A DNA stretch of 46,211 nt, from assembly GCF_001194135.2 (NCBI RefSeq), contig NC_068992.1, forward strand, positions 51,584,736 to 51,630,946, read 5' to 3'. The first letter of the stretch is position 1; every line of letters begins with the position of its first letter. Made by a program: the position numbers and the translations under genes. The DNA comes from Octopus bimaculoides (lineage: Eukaryota). Below the pieces are notes generated by a model that saw only the letters and a list, made by a program, of their open reading frames with translations, was not told where the DNA came from and did not search any database. Below are positions 35,830 to 46,211 of the stretch, piece by piece.

Positions 35830-37290
35830 AAATAAACTATTACACCTAGGAAGCTGGAACACAAAAGCTCTACAACAACCAGGAAAATTTGACAATCTAA
35901 TGCAAGAAACAGAAAAAAATTGAATATTTACAATAGCACCTGTGCCCAGCGTCGCCTTCCTGGCAGTTGTGCCGGTGGCACATGTAAAGACATTCGAGAG
36001 AGATCGTTGCCAGTGCTGCTGGACTGGCTCCTGTGCAGGTGGCACATAAAATACACCATTTTGAGCGTGGCCGTTGCCAGTACCGCCTGACTGGCCTTCG
36101 TGCCGGTGGCTCGTAAAATCACCCACTACACTCTCGGAGTGGTTGGCATTAGGAAGGGCATCCAGCTGTAGAAACTCTGCCAAATCATATTGGAGCCTGG
36201 TGTAGCCACCTGGTTCACCAGTCCTCAGTCAAATCGTCCAACCCATGCTAGCATGGAAAGCGGACGTTAAACGATGATGATGGTGATGATGATGCAAATA
36301 TCTGAAACAAATGGGTATATGAGGGTAAAATAGTAAGCGCAAACCATACTAGATTCTATTCTGATGGAAAAGGAGAATAAAAAAAAGGAATTTTGATAGT
36401 AAAAATACTTGAGTAAAATCACTCTTTGAATACTGAGAAATGTTGAATAAAATGATGAGGAAACTACAAGGAAAGCCTTTTAATATCGACATCATACAGA
36501 TATATACTCTTACATAGAACACAGTGATGAGGACATGGAACAAATTCAAATTGTAATAAAATGCACTGAAACTAAAGAAATCAAATATACTGGAAGATTT
36601 TAATGAAAAAAATCAAGAGATAAAAGATCAATTCATATTAGTTGAAAGAAATAGAAAAAGTGTCTGACTGATAGATCTTTGTCGAAGAAACAGTTCGATA
36701 ATCATCAACACACAATTCCTGTAACCAACAAGAAAATTATACCTGTTGAAGAGTTCAGGTGGCATAACAAGAAATCAGATAGTCTTCATACTGATAAACC
36801 AGCAGTTTAGAAACTATATGAAACAAGCAAAAACATAGCCTGGAGTAGATATCAATTCAGATAATAATCCAATGCTAATTAAATTACAAATTATACTTAA
36901 GAAAAAGAAAATCACTAAGAGACAAAAGCAATTAAACTAAAATGTTAAGACAGACAGATTATTGAAAGAAATAAAATGTGGAAATGCAAAACAGATATGA
37001 ATATTTACACAATGAAGAACGAAATCAAGAACCAATTAATAGAGAGCCAACAGAAGAAAACTAGAAGACAACTAAAACCTGCTTGGAAAGAAAATTTTGT
37101 CAGAATAGGAAAAGGAGTAAAAAATGGATGAGTGATGATGTTCTTTCAATAATAGATAAAAGAAAAAAGCACATTTTAAAAAATCCAGTTTGATATGACA
37201 TTTTAGATAAGAGGTCTTCTTAGAAGATAAAAAAGCAAAACACAAGTACCTGGGTGATCATGCCAATTCAAAAAAATTTTAAAGTCAGTA
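35830..37290 (+). mobile_element. RTE (BovB-like) LINE, APE endonuclease and downstream region, decayed and interrupted by a SINE
   Basis: HLGSWNTKALQQPGKFDNL; LQGKPFNIDIIQIYT; LIDLCRRN..IINTQF; SGGITRNQIVFILI..FRN; PGVDINSDNNP (SDH motif); KKWMSDDVL. Confidence 0.85.
35935..36293 (+). mobile_element. SINE-like repeat, family A (young, nested in RTE)
   Basis: Matches 1310-1546 and the reverse complement of 6511-6839, with an ATG-repeat tail. Confidence 0.9.
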
Positions 37291-38224
37291 TGAGCTAACA
37301 TAATGGTAACATACTGTTTTGTAATAAGTAGATTGCATCCAGATGGTTTGCATCATAAACTAAAAGTATGGTGATGAGAAGAGGCTGATTATTCCCAATT
37401 TTGAAGCTGCTGAAGGAAATAAAATATTAAAAAGTGTATGAAAGAAAATAAAGTCACAGAGAGATGGGAAACCAGTTGGAACAGATGAGAAATACCATGT
37501 CTACAAAATGCTGCATTATCCTTACTACAAGGCAGCACCACATATTAGGAGAAGATAAGAGATTACCATCCATCAAAATAAATAAAGAAACTTAGTACTT
37601 TCATTCATCCACACCAGAAGGATTTAACAAATAAAGACTGCAACTACTTAATGAGCTTTCAATGCAAAACCAGCAATTTATATAGAGTTCTCAAAATTTC
37701 TAAGTGTAATATGATATGCAATACATGTAAAAAATCAGCTTTAATGTGTATAAATATTCCACTAATCGACAATTTTGAATTAAGATTAATTGTAGCAGGA
37801 CTAACATGAGAAACACAAAGACCAATCAAATGAGTAGAGGTACTGCTGAAAACCACACCAGAGATGATTTGGACCTACTTATTCAAACCCACACAAATTA
37901 AGCACTACCATTGTATTATTTGAAAGAAGAAATTTGTAATCTTCTATCCCACATCATTGTGGACTAAAACCCATAAAATCCTGGCTTGAAAAATTTCCAA
38001 TGAAATCCCAGAACAAATACAAAAAAAATATTAATTATTGAAGGATTTAAATTCATCTTACAAATTTTTTTCTGCTTTAATGGTGGTATTTGCTAAATGT
38101 CACCATTTAAGCAGAAAAAAATATCTGAGACTGTGATGGTGACAAATATTTCCCTGATGAATGTGATTTTGAACATGGCTTACTTAGAAGTCTAAATATA
38201 TGCAAAAAAAAAAAAAGACAAAGA

Positions 38225-38291
38225 ACACGGTGGTGCATCAGCATGGCCGCAGCTCTGAGCTGAAACTTTGAAAAGAAAAAAAAAAAAAAAA
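38225..38291 (+). mobile_element. SINE 3' tail fragment
   Basis: cggtggtgcatcagcatggccgcagctctgagctgaaac followed by an A-run. Confidence 0.55.
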
Positions 38292-38665
38292 NNNNNNNNN
38301 NNNNNNNNNNNNNNNNNNNNNNNNNNNNNNNNNNNNNNNNNNNNNNNNNNNNNNNNNNNNNNNNNNNNNNNNNNNNNNNNNNNNNNNNNNNNNNNNNNNN
38401 NNNNNNNNNNNNNNNNNNNNNNNNNNNNNNNNNNNNNNNNNNNNNNNNNNNNNNNNNNNNNNNNNNNNNNNNNNNNNNNNNNNNNNNNNNNNNNNNNNNN
38501 NNNNNNNNNNNNNNNNNNNNNNNNNNNNNNNNNNNNNNNNNNNNNNNNNNNNNNNNNNNNNNNNNNNNNNNNNNNNNNNNNNNNNNNNNNNNNNNNNNNN
38601 NNNNNNNNNNNNNNNNNNNNNNNNNNNNNNNNNNNNNNNNNNNNNNNNNNNNNNNNNNNNNNNNN
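38292..38665. other. Assembly gap
   Basis: N characters. Confidence 1.
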
Positions 38666-38753
38666 TATATATGTTATAAAGAGAGAAAGAGAGAGATAAA
38701 TTGATTAATAATTAGATAGATAGACAGACAGATAGACATATAGATAGATAGAT

Positions 38754-38789
<36 letters not shown>

Positions 38790-39261
38790 TTAATGCATGC
38801 ATAATGTCTATTCCTCTGCATGTATGTGTATATGTATGTGCATGTGTGGGAGGTGTATGTGTGTATAAAATAGTAGTTATGATAAGGATTATGATGATAA
38901 TGGGGTAGAGAGAAAAGGATAATTGTTTGAAAGAAGAAGAAAAAGAAAACAGAAAAGCAGAAGGAGTTTTATGGAGCGGGGGGGGGAATAAAGGGAAAGT
39001 TGTGAATCGAAATAAAAAAAAATTATAAACCAAGACACTACAGAGTTCACAGCTCAAACGATCAGCTCCCAAAGTGGGTAAATTCTTATTTATCACTGTC
39101 AAAAATCTGTAAAAATAGTCAATATGATAGTTTATCCTTTTGGTTTTCTCTCAGTATTGAGAATCACAAGAATTCACAGAATTATTTAGAAAGGAAGAAC
39201 TGCTCTTTTGAGAAAGTTATAACTGCATTTTTATCCTTTGAATAAAATCTTTGTGTTCAAC

Positions 39262-39312
39262 TTAAAATTCTGAATAATAATGATGATAATAAAGATTATC
39301 ATTATTATTATT

Positions 39313-39359
<47 letters not shown>

Positions 39360-39417
39360 AAATGAAAAAAAAAATAATAATGATAATGATAATTGTAATA
39401 ATTTTAATAATTTCTTT

Positions 39418-39479
<62 letters not shown>

Positions 39480-39510
39480 TGGTAGTAATAATGAAAATAA
39501 TAATATTGTT
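39262..39510. repeat. (ATT)n/(AAT)n arrays in opposing orientation
   Basis: (att)n at ~39295-39358, then (aat)n at ~39373-39480. Confidence 0.9.
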
Positions 39511-39919
39511 GCAAAGAAGAATTTTTGTATAGTTTTTGGTGAGAATGTGTTTACATGAAGAATAGACACGATAATGGTCGAACACCTGTTGTGAAATCTG
39601 TATAGTTCAGACTATATCAGAAAAACTACACAAGAAAACCTATTTTAAGTAAAGGTGGTTTTTAAAGTAAATATCTTACGAATATATAGACATAGAGATA
39701 CAGATACACACACAACACACACATACACGCATGCACACACACACACATACATGGGCACACGTGTTCACCTGCATGCTATGAATCTGTCATGAGCTATTAA
39801 AAACAGGTATGAGCATACATATGTATATTCATTTGTGTGTGTGAGTGTGTATGCATAAGTGTTTTTGTATATGTATACATAGTCTATATGTGCGTATATA
39901 TGCATATATATGTGTGAGA

Positions 39920-39999
<80 letters not shown>

Positions 40000-40379
40000 G
40001 TATATATATATATACACAAACACACACATATGTGCATATATATTCATATGATAACTAAGTGTAACTATATGTGAGACTAGAATATACAATACTGTCTTTG
40101 TGATATTTAATGCGATAAAAATCTACTGTAAGGACTCAGTTTCATTAAAAATCATTTTGTTTTATCATATCATAGTTTCACGAAAACACTCATTGGGCTT
40201 TCAATCTTTTCATAATGGAGGAAAGATAACACGAGAGTTCTGATGTGTATCTTTTATGTAAATATGACTTAAAATGACATAAAACTATGATATGGTATTG
40301 TGTCACATTTTATTTGAGAATAGCTCTGCTTTATCTGTCACTATTAAAAGAGTTAACAAAAATGTTATAAGGTATTCTT

Positions 40380-40570
40380 TTATGCTTTTGTTTCAGTAAT
40401 TTGATGTGGCCATGCTGGATCACTACCTTAAAGGATTTTAGTTCAAAGGGCTTATTTTTGTAAGCGTAGTACTTATTCTTTTGGTCTCCTTTGCCAACTG
40501 CTAAGGTATGGACACATATAGACACCAGCATCGGTTGTTAAGCAATGGTAGGGGGACAAACACAGACACA
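40380..40570 (-). mobile_element. SINE family D
   Basis: ttttgtttcagt...ggccatgctgg...cttttggtctcctttgccaactgctaag...gggggacaaacacagacac. Confidence 0.7.
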
Positions 40571-40586
40571 CAAACATATACACACA

Positions 40587-40643
<57 letters not shown>

Positions 40644-41402
40644 NNNNNNNNNNNNNNNNNNNNNNNNNNNNNNNNNNNNNNNNNNNNNNNNNNNNNNNNN
40701 NNNNNNNNNNNNNNNNNNNNNNNNNNNNNNNNNNNNNNNNNNNNNNNNNNNNNNNNNNNNNNNNNNNNNNNNNNNNNNNNNNNNNNNNNNNNNNNNNNNN
40801 NNNNNNNNNNNNNNNNNNNNNNNNNNNNNNNNNNNNNNNNNNNNNNNNNNNNNNNNNNNNNNNNNNNNNNNNNNNNNNNNNNNNNNNNNNNNNNNNNNNN
40901 NNNNNNNNNNNNNNNNNNNNNNNNNNNNNNNNNNNNNNNNNNNNNNNNNNNNNNNNNNNNNNNNNNNNNNNNNNNNNNNNNNNNNNNNNNNNNNNNNNNN
41001 NNNNNNNNNNNNNNNNNNNNNNNNNNNNNNNNNNNNNNNNNNNNNNNNNNNNNNNNNNNNNNNNNNNNNNNNNNNNNNNNNNNNNNNNNNNNNNNNNNNN
41101 NNNNNNNNNNNNNNNNNNNNNNNNNNNNNNNNNNNNNNNNNNNNNNNNNNNNNNNNNNNNNNNNNNNNNNNNNNNNNNNNNNNNNNNNNNNNNNNNNNNN
41201 NNNNNNNNNNNNNNNNNNNNNNNNNNNNNNNNNNNNNNNNNNNNNNNNNNNNNNNNNNNNNNNNNNNNNNNNNNNNNNNNNNNNNNNNNNNNNNNNNNNN
41301 NNNNNNNNNNNNNNNNNNNNNNNNNNNNNNNNNNNNNNNNNNNNNNNNNNNNNNNNNNNNNNNNNNNNNNNNNNNNNNNNNNNNNNNNNNNNNNNNNNNN
41401 NN
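40644..41402. other. Assembly gap within (TA)n
   Basis: N characters. Confidence 1.
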
Positions 41403-41469
<67 letters not shown>

Positions 41470-43251
41470 GTATATATGGATGTATATGTGTTAGGTTAAT
41501 GTTTATTTTTATAGTTTAAATACCTTCACGCTTTTTTAGCATCACTTTATGTCTTGTAACTTAGTGGTTCAACAACTAGATATTAATAAAATACATATCA
41601 GCACTAGTAAAGATTGCCTCATAACTTGCAAAGCTAACTGCTTAAAGAGGTCCCAATGACTGAAGGAGAATAAAAGAGAGTAGGCAAGGATTCTAAGAAG
41701 TGGAATGCGAGATGGTAAGAGAAGAAGATGGGGTGAGTGTTGCTGGGAAGAGGAAGAAGGGAAAGAATTTGTGATGAATTATTGGGGAAAACGTGGAGGG
41801 ATAGAGTGGAAAAGTGATAGGGTGGCATGTGTAGGGATTGTATAAGGAAAGTTACATCTTTTAATTTTCTCTAGATATTTTATCATAGATTGGAATCAAA
41901 GTAACTCTGAAATAATACTGCATTTTATGATAAATCCTGTTTTATTTATTTGCATGTCATTCTATGTATGAATGCACACAACATATAAATACATTGCTAT
42001 GTATTCTGCCATATAACTAATCTGATTTATAATTGTTTGTTCATAGGCTAGCAGAACATAAATTAAAAATCAAAGCTGGTTTACATGGGGTCAGCATGAA
42101 AAGTCAGAAATTGTTGATTGTATTCAGTAAAGCAAGGACAACCAAAAATTCTTGCCAAGTATTCTCTATTGCTAAAAGGAATTATTTAAATGCTGCCAAC
42201 TTGCTGACAGAATTGGTCAATACAGCATCCAATTAAAACAGTTCAGATTTAATAATTAGTTTTCTCTAAAATTCAATTGAATTTTACAAGCATTTGTTTT
42301 ATATCCGTTTGTATCTATTTGTGTGCACTAAAATAGAGCTGGATAGTGTTCGCAAAATTTTAATAAAATAGTTTTCAATGTATAATTAATTATATGCCCC
42401 CACCACCACATATTTATTATACGTGTTTGTACACACACACACACATAATATACATACACACATAATATACATACACACATGCACGCATATATATATATGT
42501 ATATATAACAGCTACTTCTAAGAAACCTTCTGCGTATTTGAAAGAATTTATCTCACACGAACTTTTACTGATAAAGTCTACTTTCACTATCAGCTTACCT
42601 AATCATTTTCTGTATTTTGGTTATGGCCAATTGCCTAACACATGTGACATCATGTTTCCTTTCCTATAAACTAAAACTTTAACTTTTCATTAGTTATTTT
42701 GAAGGCTTTTGGCTCTAATATCTGTTTCCAAGTATGCTGCATCTTTCCTAAAATTTAACTGAATTGGTTATAACAAGTAGTTCATGCATGTACAAGGGCT
42801 TCCAAGTATGACATGTTTCAGTTTTCTCACGCTTTCAACCACATGGTCCTGCTTTCAATTCCACCATTTGCATCTACAGCAAATGAATTTTATCATAATC
42901 TTGAGCCTAATGAGCATAATTGGATAAAGAGAAACTATAAAGAAGCTTCTTTGATGGATTTTATTTGTAATTCAAGTCAGAGCAGATGGCATTGTGATTA
43001 AAATTTTGCTCCCATGATTGCCTGATAAACATTTTCAATTCTTGGAGTGGATGGTGCATTGCTTTCTGAACAATTTGACATCTGACCAGTCGCACATCAT
43101 GCACCTATACAGGTAATATTGATTTAATGGAGGGAGTGAGTTCATGTACAGCAAAAACATCTGATCACTATAAACAAATTATTTGTGCAGGTTGTTTAGC
43201 AAGAAATTGCTGATATGTTTTTCCATTTTGTGTTTTACATAATATAGCAAC

Positions 43252-43410
43252 AGGAATTGGTGTGTGGTTTAAAACTTTGCTTCTCAATCACATGGGCTTG
43301 GGTCAGTTCCACTGCATCTGCTGCATACACTTTGGGTAAGTGTCTTTTACCATAACCCCTGGAACTGACCAAAGCCTTGTGAATGAATTTGGTGGACAAA
43401 AACTTGAAGA
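43252..43410 (+). mobile_element. tRNA-derived SINE, family C
   Basis: ggtgtgtggtttaaaactttgcttctcaatcacatgggcttgggtcagttccactg...gggtaagtgtcttttaccataacc...gccttgtgaatgaatttggtg. Confidence 0.7.
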
Positions 43411-44084
43411 AGAAGAAGAAGAAAAAGAAGGTGGTGGTAGTGGTAGCAGCAGTGGCAGCAGTGGCAGCAGTGGCAGCAGTGGCGGCGGTGGTGGTGATGG
43501 TGGCAGAGGTGGCAGTGGCAATGATGACGACCGACAATGATGATGATATATTTCCTTTCCAGAGCTACGTTTGACTCTGCCTGTTAATTTTCTTTTCTTT
43601 TTCTTTCTCTGGTTTTGTCTTGTTGATTATTTTCTTTTTTTTTTTTTCCTTAAATGAAATAATATTTTCTGTTCTGGTAAACAATACAAAATAAATTGTG
43701 TTGTTCATTGATCCACAATTAAGTGTGTTCTTATCAAAATAAATAAATTAATAAAATAAAATAAAATAAAATAAAACACTGACAAACAAATATAAACTCA
43801 ATTATGTGTTAATTAATGTTTTGTAAGATGGATGGATGAACAAATCTTCAGTGTAGCCTGTGTTTCGCAATAGAAGACTGTTGTGTAATTTCTTATAAGT
43901 ATGGTGATGAGGACGTACATAAGAAGGAAGTTTAGGAAGTAAAGGTTGGTGGTGGTCTATAATGAAAGGACGTGCATTATTTGAGGAGGGCAACAGAACA
44001 AGTACATTGAAATTGTTGTGGAGGGTGGAGTAACCAACGTTTTGGACAGAATCTTTCTTATGGATAAGGATGATATCTTTTAGT

Positions 44085-44300
44085 TTTTGCTTGTGTCAGT
44101 CATTAGACTACGGCCATGCTGGGGCACCATCTTGAAGTTTTAGTTTAATGAATCGACCCCGGTAATTATTTTTTAAGCCTTGTGCTTATTCTATCATCCT
44201 CTTTTGCCAAACTGCTAAGTTACAGGGTTGTAAACACCCCAATACTGGTTGTCAAGCAGTGGTGGGGGAGAACAAATGGACAGAAAGACACACAGACATA
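44085..44300 (-). mobile_element. SINE family D
   Basis: cagtcattagactacggccatgctggggcacc...gaatcgacccc...cttttgccaaactgctaagttac...ggttgtcaagcagtggtgggg. Confidence 0.75.
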
Positions 44301-45874
44301 GGTAAATATACATGCATATATATATATATATCAGCTTCATAGAAGAAGCGGGAGGGAGAAACTGAATGAAAGAAGGAGAAGAAAAGAAAAAAATGGAAAG
44401 GAAAAGAGAAGGTAATCGTGAGGTGAGGAAGGAAGTGAAGGATGAGATGGGAATATTGAACTAAGGCAAGGTATAGGATTAGATAGCAAAAATTCATTTA
44501 AGCTTGTCAGTGGCATGGTTTTGACTTTAAATGTAAATTGATGATTTTTTTTTTTCCTTTCTTGGAGTGTGTGAATATATGATATGCTGAGGTGGCATAC
44601 ACTAATAATTGAATAATGGAATGGCACATTGTGTTGGAGGGTGTGACAACAGATAAGCCTGACATATGTAGTAGTGTACTTAAAATGTGCTCTTGAAAGC
44701 CATCAGCAAAGCGACAGCCTGTTTTCCCATGCTACAGTGTAATAAGTGGTGTGTGTGTGTGTGTGTGTGTGTGTTTAAAGAAACTGAAAAACATGTGGTA
44801 AATTTAAGAAATAGGAATTACATGATATTCGAATTAAGTAGAAATATGCTGTGAGTTTTGTAATAGAATATTGTCAAAAGAAATAAAGAGATTTTGTGCT
44901 GAATTTACTTGGACAGGTATAAAGCGTTGGCTTAACAGATGAAATAAATGAAGACAGAATAAAGTGGATTTTCTCATCTCAACTCGTATATACCATGTCA
45001 GTATGGCTAATAATAAATCATATGCTGGAAGATGTGTTGAAAATAGAATCTTTCTTCTCTTAATTTATGATAGAACAGCTACATATCAAGTGAGAAATTT
45101 AATTATCATTTCCATTTTAAAACTTCATTTTTGATTTTCGCAAAATGTTTTGGTTGAATTTTTACATCAATAGACACAATAAAGTTTGACTGTGTTCCTA
45201 AAAATGTGTTTTATATTCTGTATAATCTATTTGTAGCCATTTAAATCAATAAACATTCTCTTTAGAAGGGAATTCAAATTTCATCTATTGAACACCTTTT
45301 GCTAATATTTTGAATAACAAATTTACATTGGTATCAGAATAATTTCACTTAATATCTTTGTGACTTCTTTTAAGATAGAATTTAATTCAAGAATAGACCC
45401 CAAAATAAGATATTACTGACCTGTAAGAATAACTGTTATATTTTAAAGATTCTTTTACTAAGAAAAACCATGATAAAAATAAAAAAAGAAGTATTACAAA
45501 ATTATAAATCTTTACAAATCTCATTTACATCTGTGTCTTTTGTTAAACATCTTGTGCTTCTAAGAGTCAGTAGAGAAAATTTCTCATTGCTTTTCAATTA
45601 TTTTGCCATTCAGTTCGTTACAAAATCGTACATAATTATTGCTGAATTGAGTTCCCTACAATTCATGTGTAATTCTATAAATGCAGCTGCCATCTTGATA
45701 AAGTAGCCCAAAGTGGTTAATGGATCGAGTGGTTGTGTAAATGAAATATTTGTATCAGAGTAGCATCAATTGCCAGATAGTAGTAATTTTAGAAATATTT
45801 GTCTGTTACTGATGCTAACTCATATCATGAAATCTTTCAATGTAGAAATAATTCTCAGAAGCTATTTCCTAATA

Positions 45875-46012
45875 AAACAGTCTCTACGTTGTTGCTACGA
45901 GCTCCAATTAGTTGTGCCAAGTGACAGTCTGTGCCACTCACACCACACACTAAAGGCGGTGCTCCAGCACGGCCACAGTCAAATGACTAAAACAAGTAAA
46001 AGAGTAACCAGG
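45875..46012 (+). mobile_element. SINE 3' portion (family D-type tail)
   Basis: taaaggcggtgctccagcacggccacagtcaaatgactaaaacaagtaaaagag. Confidence 0.65.
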
Positions 46013-46047
46013 ATAAATACTACAAAGCACTTTATCCAGTGCTCTAA

Positions 46048-46110
46048 TGTGGTGTTTCTCAACCTTTTTATCCTTGTGTAACCCTTAAAATAAATTACAT
46101 GCCTCACGGA
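46048..46110 (+). mobile_element. Probable hAT MITE left terminus
   Basis: ggtgtttctcaacctttt...aacccttaaaataaatt...cacggaactcct resembles Charlie-type MITE ends. Confidence 0.45.
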
Positions 46111-46211
46111 ACTCCTGCACAAAAAAGATTACAGACTATATTTTTCTCTTATTGTAGTTCATTGTAGTTCATGTGGTAAATATCAGATATATGTATATGT
46201 ATATATATATA

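Noticed and set aside
43802-44085. ~95-codon open frame on the minus strand
   Set aside because: No recognisable motif or convincing splice signals. The composition is explained by a purine-rich plus strand.

Overview
AT-rich, microsatellite-dense eukaryotic genomic DNA with six assembly gaps. The repeat content (SINE families, RTE/Dong/Penelope LINEs, TA/GATA/AAT arrays) resembles coleoid cephalopod (Octopus-like) intronic or intergenic sequence; this is an inference. No intact protein-coding gene can be supported, and nearly all ORFs in the track are microsatellite or N-run artefacts. Recognisable decayed elements: two Penelope-like retroelement (PLE) copies (RT plus GIY-YIG), three RTE-type LINE fragments, two Dong/R4-type fragments, an L1/Tx1-like fragment, two different hAT-type transposase relics, two mariner-derived MITEs and many SINEs. 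Most notable: (1) a ~230-bp fold-back element at 17751-17977 carrying a complete minimal type I hammerhead ribozyme motif on each strand, with a third, disrupted copy nested in a SINE at 25145-25310; (2) both PLE copies carry a 50-70 aa Asn/Ser-rich insert inside the GIY-YIG motif, plus a degenerate hammerhead-like 3' tail; (3) several long inverted-repeat structures, including a ~240-bp pair bracketing a 3.5-kb block that contains a dead hAT. All alignments and translations were done by eye, and element boundaries are approximate.
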